From a virus (lineage: Duplodnaviria > Caudoviricetes): a stretch of 39,220 nucleotides of DNA. The position numbers were made by a program, and so were the translations under genes. This document shows positions 1 to 7,487 of this stretch, in pieces (the first letter of the stretch is position 1; each line of letters starts with the position of its first letter). Location of the stretch: positions 1-39,220 of IMG/VR virus record IMGVR_UViG_3300019877_000004, one strand, 5' to 3'. The notes under the pieces were generated by a model, which saw only the letters and a program-made list of their open reading frames with translations, did no database searches and had not been told where the DNA came from.

Positions 1-153
1 ATTCCAGAATTTACGAACCAGCTCTTTTCTGTCTCGTCCTTCAAGAGGGCCATTAAAGGCCCACATCTCGAATTCTTCTTTTAGTGTATTATGATCTTTT
101 TTCGTATATGACATTAAATAAGCAAAGAGAAAGACTGGCGCACCAAGCAACAA
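1..153. repeat. Terminal direct repeat, left copy (circular or circularly permuted genome overlap)
   Basis: 1-153 matches 39068-39220 except G127 vs T39194. Confidence 0.97.
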
Positions 154-179
154 AATGCACATTCCCCAAATGACGATTA

Positions 180-851
180 TCATCTAACACCTATCCTCTG
201 TTGAAGCTCTTTCATTTTGCTATAGGCTTGCTGCTTCCCAGCATTGCTAAAATCACCCTGTTGAGCATAGGGCGCGCTTCCTACTCCGCTTGGTTGGTAA
301 TAGGGGTTTCTACGATTAGCATCGACCTTGTCCTGTATAGTAGATTGCTTCTGTTCCGGCAAATGAAGCCCAAGGGCCTTTATATTCTTATAGACAAGCT
401 TTTGCCTTTCAAACCCATCTGGCATATCTAAGATCGCTTCTGCAAGCTCAGGGTCGTGCATTGCGAATTTCTCCGCATGCCCTAGAACATCCGAAAAATC
501 AGGATTGTTTTTAAGCCACGCCTCTTGTCTCTCCTTATAGATAGCTGTTTGGACAGCTTTTTGAATCTCTGATTGAGTCTCCTGCCTAGACTTTTCACCA
601 AATTTAGCCAGTTTCTTATCTAGCTTCTTGTGATCGACATAAGGTTCATCATCATTTTCCTCTGTATCATGGGCCTGTTGTTGACGACTCATTGCCTCTT
701 GGGCAGCTCTTTCAGCGTGCAAACGAGCTTCACGCTCCTGCTCAAGCTGTCGGTGGTACTTTGCTTCAAGCTGTCTGAAGTTATACTCTTTGTCATTCCG
801 TTTTTCTTCGGTTTGCTGTTGCTTTTCTTCGGTTTGTGTGGGTATTGTCAT
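180..851 (-). CDS. Probable capsid scaffolding protein
   Basis: Charged coiled-coil 223 aa, SD GAGGA, lies upstream of the major capsid gene across the circular junction. Confidence 0.7.
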   Translation of the reverse strand: MTIPTQTEEKQQQTEEKRNDKEYNFRQLEAKYHRQLEQEREARLHAERAAQEAMSRQQQAHDTEENDDEPYVDHKKLDKKLAKFGEKSRQETQSEIQKAVQTAIYKERQEAWLKNNPDFSDVLGHAEKFAMHDPELAEAILDMPDGFERQKLVYKNIKALGLHLPEQKQSTIQDKVDANRRNPYYQPSGVGSAPYAQQGDFSNAGKQQAYSKMKELQQRIGVR

Positions 852-862
852 AAATATCCTCT

Positions 863-878
863 GTCCATAACGCAGGAC
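863..878 (-). promoter_or_regulatory. RNA hairpin GTCC-TGCGTTAT-GGAC abutting the scaffold SD
   Basis: Same loop as the hairpin at 38901-38918 but with a different stem. Confidence 0.5.
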
Positions 879-898
879 TGCGAGTTAAAGGGTTACAA

Positions 899-932
899 GG
901 CGCATTAAACAAAAATCTATATTTGGTGTCAA
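899..932 (-). promoter_or_regulatory. Sigma70-type promoter for the scaffold gene
   Basis: TTGACA-N17-TTTAAT followed by GCGCC. Confidence 0.65.
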
Positions 933-933
933 A

Positions 934-1419
934 GTGAAACTTGATAGACTAGAAACACATGATAGATATAAGCACTTTACAGGACAAAACTTCAGCATCG
1001 AAGAATGCTGCCAAGACATGATCAATAAAAGGCCATTTGGCGATCATGCTTTTTATATATTTGCCCATTCAAGGACCGACGATGATGGGTTCAATAAGAG
1101 ATTAATCTGGCAGCCACGGCTTACAAAGCCAAAAGCCCAGACTAATTCAATGCTCTTTAAGGCATATCCTGGATCAGATGAGCTAAAAGTCCTATGGATT
1201 ATTCCGTCAAAAGAGCTTTGGCCCCAATATGAAAAGGGAAAGGTAACGGCAAGTAGCATTGTTATTAAAAGCATAGATGACTTCCAAAACAAGATCGAAG
1301 AGCTGGAAAGACCAGAGCCCGACGATCTACCCGATGCCGCAATTGACGCCATCTACAAGAACATTTCGCAGTCGGCAAAGACTAAAAAACTAGGACTAAT
1401 CATCCCTGATTTAAGATGA
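934..1419 (+). CDS. Hypothetical phage protein
   Basis: 161-aa ORF, GTG start, protein-like composition, no recognised domain. Confidence 0.75.
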   Translation: MKLDRLETHDRYKHFTGQNFSIEECCQDMINKRPFGDHAFYIFAHSRTDDDGFNKRLIWQPRLTKPKAQTNSMLFKAYPGSDELKVLWIIPSKELWPQYEKGKVTASSIVIKSIDDFQNKIEELERPEPDDLPDAAIDAIYKNISQSAKTKKLGLIIPDLR

Positions 1420-1490
1420 CTAGAATTTGGGAGACGTTTATCCTATGGCCTATTCTTCATTAACCTATAAACCAAAAAGGAGTAAAGGAA

Positions 1491-1997
1491 ATGAGATATC
1501 TCTTATGTGCGTTAACATTAATGTGTGGGATCTGTATCAGTAAGCCAATCTTGGCATCAAGCAACGAGGAATCGTATAAATACATTTCAGGAGGCGCTAA
1601 CTTTATCGACAAGGCACCATGCCTATCTGTTGGATATAGACAACGATGGGAAGGAAACTTAGGATGGGATTCTGCCATTACATATGCCACACTTGGTGTA
1701 TCACATCATTTTAGTTGGCATGGTGTTGTTCATTACTATCTTAACGATGACAAAAATGCTCCCTATATTGGCGTTGGAGCACGTATCGGAGAAATGCTAT
1801 ACAATGCAGATAGACGTTGGATGGGAATGATTTCCGCGGATTATGTTATTGGAAAAGTACTAATGTCAGAAGGACATAGCAGCCATTTCGTTGAGATGCA
1901 CATTGCATCACCTACAGGATGGAGAGATCACACAACACATAATAAAGGCGTAAATGCCTCTCCTTTTGTGTTTCTTACCTATGGAGTAGCATTCTAA
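1491..1997 (+). CDS. Small outer-membrane beta-barrel protein (moron)
   Basis: Signal peptide, Gly/aromatic amphipathic strands (APYIGVGA), C-terminal YGVAF beta-signal, strong SD. Confidence 0.7.
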   Translation: MRYLLCALTLMCGICISKPILASSNEESYKYISGGANFIDKAPCLSVGYRQRWEGNLGWDSAITYATLGVSHHFSWHGVVHYYLNDDKNAPYIGVGARIGEMLYNADRRWMGMISADYVIGKVLMSEGHSSHFVEMHIASPTGWRDHTTHNKGVNASPFVFLTYGVAF

Positions 1998-2155
1998 CGC
2001 TGATGATATGGGTCCATTGCGCTATTATCTAGCGCATACTTTTCAGAACGAGAAAAAGCACCACGGGGACAACATCCCCGTGGAACCCTTTCAGTGCTAC
2101 ACGCTTGTACTAGGGAACCACACAAAAAAAAGAACAGAACAACAAAAACACGCAT
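1994..2155 (-). CDS. Putative 53-aa lipoprotein MRVFVVLFFFLCGSLVQAC...
   Basis: Hand-translated; AAGGAG SD, hydrophobic core, lipobox-like VQAC; stop overlaps the stop of the convergent beta-barrel gene. Confidence 0.5.
   Translation of the reverse strand: MRVFVVLFFFLCGSLVQACSTERVPRGCCPRGAFSRSEKYALDNSAMDPYHQR
2018..2044 (+). terminator. Intrinsic terminator of the beta-barrel gene
   Basis: TGCGCTA-TTATC-TAGCGCA followed by TACTTTT. Confidence 0.5.
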
Positions 2156-2209
2156 AGCACTCCTTAAGGTTGTGCTAGATCATGTCAAAAGTCGTCATTT
2201 AAGAACAAT

Positions 2210-2239
2210 AAAAAAGACCGCCCCATAGGAAGAGCGGCC
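2210..2239 (-). terminator. Intrinsic terminator
   Basis: GGCCGCTC...GGGCGGTC followed by T6 on the minus strand. Confidence 0.65.
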
Positions 2240-2271
2240 ACACCATATCATGAGATTGCTATTGAAAACTT

Positions 2272-2460
2272 CTAGACAGTCCCACAGATATTACGCTCTA
2301 GGACTTCAAGCCTGTTATGCAATTCTACATAATTCTTTGCAAGCTCTCCGTGTTTTGCAAACAAAGATTTTCTAACTTTATTATTACTCTCTCTGACTTT
2401 CGCAAGCTCCTGCAAGAATTCCTCAAGCTCACTCTTCTCGAAAAGGTCTAGTTGAATCAT
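2272..2460 (-). CDS. Small coiled-coil hypothetical protein
   Basis: 62 aa MIQLDLF..., SD GGAG. Confidence 0.75.
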   Translation of the reverse strand: MIQLDLFEKSELEEFLQELAKVRESNNKVRKSLFAKHGELAKNYVELHNRLEVLERNICGTV

Positions 2461-2496
2461 ATCCCTACTCCACTTTATATTTTTATCTTACAAATA

Positions 2497-2537
2497 TTCC
2501 GACATCCACTTTGTCTGAATCAAAGAGGATGTCGGAA
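2497..2537. repeat. Long intergenic inverted repeat (possible terminator or stabiliser of the portal operon)
   Basis: TTCCGACATCC-A-CTTTG, 7-nt loop, CAAAG-A-GGATGTCGGAA. Confidence 0.7.
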
Positions 2538-2565
2538 ATGATAAAAAAACGCAAGAGTATTCGTA

Positions 2566-2736
2566 TTATGCGAGAGCTTTAGGCGGTTTGCCAAGAGTCT
2601 TAGTCTTGGCTGGCTGAGCGAACGAGACGTCTTTTAACTTGCCCATAGGGTTGCGATGACCTGTCCCATAAGAGTCACCCATACCCTTTTTGCTATTCGA
2701 TGTGTGAAATGTCTTGGGAGTTGCTTTCTTTTTCAT
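2566..2736 (-). CDS. 56-aa basic protein MKKKATPKTFHTSNSKKGMGDSYGTG...
   Basis: Hand-translated, SD GAGGA, last gene of the portal operon. Confidence 0.7.
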   Translation of the reverse strand: MKKKATPKTFHTSNSKKGMGDSYGTGHRNPMGKLKDVSFAQPAKTKTLGKPPKALA

Positions 2737-2962
2737 AATCATCCTCTGGAAATATGCTGTGTTCTGAAAATATGGTATCCCAAAAGAGGGAGGCGCAGCT
2801 TAAATCGTATTCGCCATCCCACCAATGGGTCATGTCGCAATCAAGAAATGACTCATCCCAGATCGGCCAGCTCTCTAATAAGTCACCGCTCTCGACCTCT
2901 CGTCGAGTAATAAGGGAACCCATATTAAGCGGAAACAGATCCGAGAAAAGCACCCACCTCAT
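2693..2962 (-). CDS. Degenerate DUF551-like protein
   Basis: MRW...FP and MTHWW motifs; ATGA overlap with the upstream gene. Confidence 0.5.
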   Translation of the reverse strand: MRWVLFSDLFPLNMGSLITRREVESGDLLESWPIWDESFLDCDMTHWWDGEYDLSCASLFWDTIFSEHSIFPEDDYEKESNSQDISHIE

Positions 2963-3216
2963 TGCTGAACGTCAATCGGTAGATTAGTTCGACGGCCTAC
3001 GTAGACCATTTCACGTTTTTCTTGTGGGAGAGCCTCAACTACATCCTTGGCACCACTCATGTGCCCAACTGGCTGTCTTTGTCCTACACCATAATGCGAT
3101 CCTGCATTTGTGTAGCAGCTTGTTCTCTCATCGTATTCAGGCATGCGAAAGTCCCAAGGAGCCTGTTTTTTTTGCTCTTGTTTAGGTTGTAGAGGGCCCT
3201 TAAATCCTGTCTTCAT
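2959..3216 (-). CDS. Hypothetical protein in the portal operon (start revised to ATG 3216)
   Basis: MKTGFKGPLQ...; SD AAGGGG. Confidence 0.7.
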   Translation of the reverse strand: MKTGFKGPLQPKQEQKKQAPWDFRMPEYDERTSCYTNAGSHYGVGQRQPVGHMSGAKDVVEALPQEKREMVYVGRRTNLPIDVQQ

Positions 3217-3266
3217 ATAGTATACCCCTTGAGTATAAGTCGCCTGGCTACGCACCAGGCAACAAG

Positions 3267-3488
3267 TTAGTTTCTGAAACCGTCCTTACGAGGATGAGAT
3301 TTCACTTTTTCATTTGATTTCATCTGCTGAGATTTGATTGCTTCGCTTGTATCTTCATAACGAGACACCTGCGCTACGCCCTCGGCAGAAGAAAATGACT
3401 TAGTCTTATGCGGACCATCGGGAAACACTGCGTCTTTCCCTTTAGCACCAGCCCAAAAGCTGTGGTCATCAATTCTTTGTCCTGACAT
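3267..3488 (-). CDS. Hypothetical protein after the portal (start revised to ATG 3488)
   Basis: MSGQRIDDHSFWAG...; SD AAGGA; avoids overlap with the portal. Confidence 0.7.
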   Translation of the reverse strand: MSGQRIDDHSFWAGAKGKDAVFPDGPHKTKSFSSAEGVAQVSRYEDTSEAIKSQQMKSNEKVKSHPRKDGFRN

Positions 3489-3504
3489 TTTATTCCTTCC
3501 TTTT

Positions 3505-5634
3505 TTAAATGGCCATTTCAAGGTTCTGAGGCGCCTCTTGCGGCTGACCCCCACCTTGATTACCCATTATACTAATAAAAAAATCATTTGCAAGAGAGGT
3601 TTGCTTTGCCTCAGCCTTTTCTACGTTCTCCTTCTGCTCATTTGCATAGTCAAACGACTGAATGCTGTTCAGCTTTAAAGACGTCTCAATCTCTCCATAT
3701 TTAGCTATTACATCAACAAGCTTCTCAAGGGCTTCCATCTTCGCCTTTGTTGCCATAGCGCGATTCTGTGTGATTTCTGATAGACGCTCTTCGAATAGAC
3801 CGATGTCGGCCTCAGCTCTTCCATGCCTTTCTCTAGCCATCGCCATATTAGCGGTTGCCTTTGTATAGAGTTCTTTAAGCTTCGCATCTTCGAAGGCGTG
3901 TTGTAGGTTTTGGGCCTCCTCGTTAACCGCGGCAGCCTGCTGCTCCTGTTGTTTCAAGAACTCAACGGCCTCTGCTTTTCCGGTGATGTTTAACTTAGGA
4001 ACGATCCTAGAAGGAGGGAACACCTCTCTTCCAAAACGCTCATTAACCTCAAACATCTGTTGGGCCTGTAAGTTCTGCTGTGTTGGTGTCAGATCGCTTT
4101 CGGCGACAATAACCTGATATTTAGAGAATATACGGCTATAGAAGTAAGGTGAGGGCTCTTCACCTAGATAAAGTTGAACCTTTTCCGCGTTCCAATTATT
4201 TAAAACAAGGCTTATAGTACGCTCTCCAAGCAGTTTATCTGAAAAGTCCCATTGGTCAAAATACTTCTGAAACACCATCAAGTTAGCAGCTGATTTAAGC
4301 AATGAGGTCAGGGCTGATATTTGCTTGTCGTTTTGACCAGCCCAGTTCTCCATATTGATACCGGAGGTATTATAGATAAGGTCGGACATTTGTTGCGCCA
4401 ATGCCAAATCTGACTCTGGAACTGCGCTAGGAACAATTTTCTCAACATCTGTTAGCTCATATCCCTCGTTAATGAGGATATCCCAACCTTGGCCAGACTT
4501 CTTAAGGTTGTCCTCGTTAGCAACAGCCCCCACCTTACGTTTCCAGCCAGCGTTAATTGTAGCCGCAGCGATGTCGTTATTTTGTATTACTTTATAATTG
4601 AAAAGAAACTGAGGGTCGCGCATAGTGCGCACCAACGATCTTACGCGTAAATCAAATTGGCTAATGTGTGGCTCATAGTTCCAATAATAGGGGACAAAAG
4701 GACATCCCTCGAATCCAAGAGGATTCTTTCCTTGATACATCAACTGATCGTTAAGAACGACGGCAAGCTTCCAACATGGTGCATCAACGCTAACCTCTTC
4801 AAGATCTGGGATGTTATATAGAATAGCCTCTAAATGCGCATCATCACCTGCGAAGTCAAAGAATTGATTCCTAGTCTTGCTGTAAAGGCGTTTTTTCTTT
4901 TCGCGCCACTTGTACCACACATAGCTAACAACCATTAGATCGTTGCGCGCCATGTTGTAGTTCTCAGGCAAAAAATAGAACCTACCATATGTTTGAGGGG
5001 TTCCAGCCATTGGCCTAACCATGTTTATCTTATCAGGAAAGCGCTGTTCAGCCTCTTGCTTAGAAATATACTCCTGACACCATATAAACGAGGCATCTGA
5101 CATGTCAGGGTTACGGAAATAGGGGTCAACCATGAATGAGTTATATTCCCATATCTTCATCTTGAGATCACCCTGAGCAACATCATCCCCAGTGAAATCA
5201 AGATATGGCTGCACAAGCACCATTCCAGATACGGCCGACAACTCCTTTGCCTTTGATCGCAACTCATGAAGGTTGCCCGCGTTCATAACATGCGTCATCA
5301 AACGCGTATATTGGTCTGTCGTTTGGCTGTCGCCCCCCTCTGTCGGTACATATGAGAACGTCTTACGGTGTTGGCGCTCATACCCTGTAATCATGTTCAC
5401 AGGCTGTTGGATGAGATTGAAATAATACTGCTGTTGCGATGTAGTGGGGCTAAAATTAAAGAAGCGGTTTACGAACGACTGGGAACCGGCATAGAAAAGC
5501 GTGTCGATGTTGGATTGATTCCATCGCGATTGTTCAATAGGTTGAAACTTTGAATAGAGATTATCAAGCCATTGACGAATATTGCCTTGGGAAGGCTCTT
5601 GGTTGTTATTCCATGGGGGGTAATAGAATGTAAT
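3505..5634 (-). CDS. Portal protein, P22-like (709 aa with proposed ATT start)
   Basis: Motifs FNLIQQPVNMITGYE, PFVPYYW, SLVRTMRDPQ...N and a C-terminal coiled coil; frame open 78 codons upstream of the GTG at 5400 to an ATT preceded by GGAGG. Confidence 0.85.
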   Translation of the reverse strand: MTFYYPPWNNNQEPSQGNIRQWLDNLYSKFQPIEQSRWNQSNIDTLFYAGSQSFVNRFFNFSPTTSQQQYYFNLIQQPVNMITGYERQHRKTFSYVPTEGGDSQTTDQYTRLMTHVMNAGNLHELRSKAKELSAVSGMVLVQPYLDFTGDDVAQGDLKMKIWEYNSFMVDPYFRNPDMSDASFIWCQEYISKQEAEQRFPDKINMVRPMAGTPQTYGRFYFLPENYNMARNDLMVVSYVWYKWREKKKRLYSKTRNQFFDFAGDDAHLEAILYNIPDLEEVSVDAPCWKLAVVLNDQLMYQGKNPLGFEGCPFVPYYWNYEPHISQFDLRVRSLVRTMRDPQFLFNYKVIQNNDIAAATINAGWKRKVGAVANEDNLKKSGQGWDILINEGYELTDVEKIVPSAVPESDLALAQQMSDLIYNTSGINMENWAGQNDKQISALTSLLKSAANLMVFQKYFDQWDFSDKLLGERTISLVLNNWNAEKVQLYLGEEPSPYFYSRIFSKYQVIVAESDLTPTQQNLQAQQMFEVNERFGREVFPPSRIVPKLNITGKAEAVEFLKQQEQQAAAVNEEAQNLQHAFEDAKLKELYTKATANMAMARERHGRAEADIGLFEERLSEITQNRAMATKAKMEALEKLVDVIAKYGEIETSLKLNSIQSFDYANEQKENVEKAEAKQTSLANDFFISIMGNQGGGQPQEAPQNLEMAI

Positions 5635-5664
5635 GGTGCCTCCAAAAGAAAGAAATATCTTTAA

Positions 5665-5698
5665 GGCTCACCATACATAAAACTTTTAATTATATCAA
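5665..5698 (-). promoter_or_regulatory. Promoter for the portal operon
   Basis: TTGATA-N17-TATGGT-GAGCC; closely resembles 24365-24398. Confidence 0.65.
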
Positions 5699-5712
5699 TA
5701 AGAGAAAGTAGG

Positions 5713-5907
5713 CTATTTTGGAGGCGGTGGCAATGGCATCCAATGGGTTACGCCTTCGATATAAGATCCTTCGAAGCATTCACAGGAACAAAACCAGCTT
5801 TTTATTGGAGATAAATACCCAGTATAAATACCCTCATCACAAAAAGCCAAAACACGGTCATGTCCATCAGGCAATTTATCCTTAACACTAATCCATTCCA
5901 TTTTCAT
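5713..5907 (-). CDS. DUF551 family protein
   Basis: WISVKDKLP...VTHWMPLPPPP. Confidence 0.85.
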   Translation of the reverse strand: MKMEWISVKDKLPDGHDRVLAFCDEGIYTGYLSPIKSWFCSCECFEGSYIEGVTHWMPLPPPPK

Positions 5908-6131
5908 TCCTTGGGTGGTGGTGGTAATGGCATCCAGTGTGTTGGTTTAGAATATGTCGTAAATGGAATTCCCCATTCATTTTCTGGCATTCTTTTATAA
6001 TCAGGGTGGCTTGCTAAGAAAATGTCTACTTCATCCCATGTTTGTGCAACCCAACACCTTTCTTCGTCTGTCACAAGAACATCTTTACCTGAAGGGGCTT
6101 TCTTATCTTTAACACTTATCCATTCACTCAT
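5904..6131 (-). CDS. DUF551 family protein
   Basis: WISVKDKKAP...THWMPLPPPP. Confidence 0.85.
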   Translation of the reverse strand: MSEWISVKDKKAPSGKDVLVTDEERCWVAQTWDEVDIFLASHPDYKRMPENEWGIPFTTYSKPTHWMPLPPPPKE

Positions 6132-6370
6132 ACGTCCTCAGGGGGTTTTGGTAAAGGCATCCAGTTAGTTACCTCATGTCCTTCCATTCCCCACGTAAGA
6201 TCGCCCGAGGTCACAGCATTGCTTTGATCTTGATCGCTCATCATTTCCCACATTCCTTGATACTGTCGTGCGATGGATAGTGGTGATGGTTCTCCACCTT
6301 CCTTTTTTGCAAAAACTATGCAATATTCATATGGTTCGGGCAACCTATCCTTAACGCTAATCCACTCCAT
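6128..6370 (-). CDS. DUF551 family protein (start revised to ATG 6370)
   Basis: MEWISVKDRLP...VTNWMPLPKPP; TAATG coupling to the upstream micro-ORF. Confidence 0.85.
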   Translation of the reverse strand: MEWISVKDRLPEPYEYCIVFAKKEGGEPSPLSIARQYQGMWEMMSDQDQSNAVTSGDLTWGMEGHEVTNWMPLPKPPEDV

Positions 6371-6417
6371 TATATATTCCTCGGTGGCCAGACTGGTTTT
6401 TGGCATTCAGCACACAT
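6370..6417 (-). CDS. 15-aa CxxC micropeptide MCAECQKPVWPPRNI
   Basis: SD AAGGAG-N5-ATG; paralog at 7652-7705. Confidence 0.65.
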   Translation of the reverse strand: MCAECQKPVWPPRNI

Positions 6418-6419
6418 AA

Positions 6420-6842
6420 TCACTCCTTGGGAAGAGCTTCGGTAATTTCCCTTAACATATCAATATTTTCTAAATAATACTTCTTAAATCCCTCAAGATC
6501 TTCTTTAATATCTGATCTAATTCTTCCATTTAAAGGATTTTTATCCTGCAAAAGATCTAATAGTATATCCACTGTATTTTGTGGGATAATTTGTGCAACC
6601 TTTGTTTTTGTGGATTGAGAAATCCCTGCTAATCCATAAACCATCTCATTAAACATTCTTCCGTATAAACTGACCATTAAGGAGACATAACCATCTGGAT
6701 TGGTAAGGTCTGGAGTTAAATCTAACATTCTTCTGAGTTCAGATATCATCTTTGTGTGAATCAACTTAAAATTAACATGTACATATTCAGAGAGTTCTTT
6801 CTGTTTTTCTACATCTTTATAGTATTCTGCAAATTTATCCAT
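6420..6842 (-). CDS. Hypothetical protein
   Basis: 140-aa helical ORF with SD GAGGA. Confidence 0.75.
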   Translation of the reverse strand: MDKFAEYYKDVEKQKELSEYVHVNFKLIHTKMISELRRMLDLTPDLTNPDGYVSLMVSLYGRMFNEMVYGLAGISQSTKTKVAQIIPQNTVDILLDLLQDKNPLNGRIRSDIKEDLEGFKKYYLENIDMLREITEALPKE

Positions 6843-6854
6843 CTATCTTATTCC

Positions 6855-6947
6855 TCATCTTCCTTTTCCTTCTTGATAGTGCATTCGAATTACCCATAAA
6901 AACGAATAAATTGCTAGCAGTGTCATAGTTACACTTCTACCCATCAT
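6855..6947 (-). CDS. 30-aa hydrophobic peptide MMGRSVTMTLLAIYSFLWV...
   Basis: Hand-translated; ATGA overlap with the upstream ORF. Confidence 0.35.
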   Translation of the reverse strand: MMGRSVTMTLLAIYSFLWVIRMHYQEGKGR

Positions 6948-7099
6948 TTCTTATTACTTCTCTTCTTTTTTATCTTTTTAATGTCGTTTTTCAAAATCCT
7001 TATCTCGCTGATCAATAGTCCCCAAGCGACAGGGAAATTGGAAATTTTTTTCTTATGACTTACCATATAACGAAGTTGGTGTAGATTATCTTTTTTCAT
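6944..7099 (-). CDS. 51-aa Lys-rich protein MKKDNLHQLRY...
   Basis: Hand-translated; SD AGGAG. Confidence 0.55.
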   Translation of the reverse strand: MKKDNLHQLRYMVSHKKKISNFPVAWGLLISEIRILKNDIKKIKKKRSNKK

Positions 7100-7107
7100 T
7101 GTCTCCT

Positions 7108-7143
7108 AAAAAAGCCTGCTTTGGGGCCTCCAGGTTGCAGGCT
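7108..7143 (-). terminator. Terminator-like hairpin
   Basis: AGCCTGC...GCAGGCT followed by a T run; long 17-nt loop. Confidence 0.5.
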
Positions 7144-7281
7144 ACCTAACAAAACACACATAAACACACCCTCCATTTTTAAGGGACGCATGCGCGTTTA
7201 AGTAACCCTATGGCTTTGTCAAACGAAGGGGGCCGTTAACGGAGAGGCCATACACGTTCCGCGCTTGGAAGATTTTATATT

Positions 7282-7452
7282 TCATTTATCAAAATATCGT
7301 TTATAGTGTTCGCCAATTTTGTCTAGCTCTTGGACAAATTGTTTCCAGGAAAAACCTGCATCTAGATAAGCATCTACCCCAGAGAGTGATCTTGCGTTCT
7401 CTTTGAATTCCAAAGTCTTAGACTCATGTTGTGATAAGTATTCTTCAATCAT
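7282..7452 (-). CDS. 56-aa chimera: AlbA_2/Schlafen-like N-terminus fused to a phage gene C-terminus
   Basis: MIEEYLSQHESKTLEFKENARSLSG + VDAYLDAGFSWKQFVQELDKIGEHYKRYFDK; ExxxLEFK motif. Confidence 0.6.
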   Translation of the reverse strand: MIEEYLSQHESKTLEFKENARSLSGVDAYLDAGFSWKQFVQELDKIGEHYKRYFDK

Positions 7453-7487
7453 CCAAGTCAGCCCTTTTAAGTTGTCTAACTAGGAAA

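Noticed and set aside
1-153. Biological fixed terminal repeat of T7 type
   Set aside because: Read-length-sized and cuts through a gene; more likely an assembly overlap of a circular or permuted genome
2119-2135. ACAC-A8-GAAC matching ACAC-A7-GAAC at 11832 as an sRNA-target pair
   Set aside because: Low complexity, and the first copy is explained as signal-peptide codons
6371-6406. N-terminal extension MPKTSLATEEYI of the DUF551 ORF
   Set aside because: Alternative frame of the CxxC micro-ORF; paralogs start at M(E/S)..WISVKD
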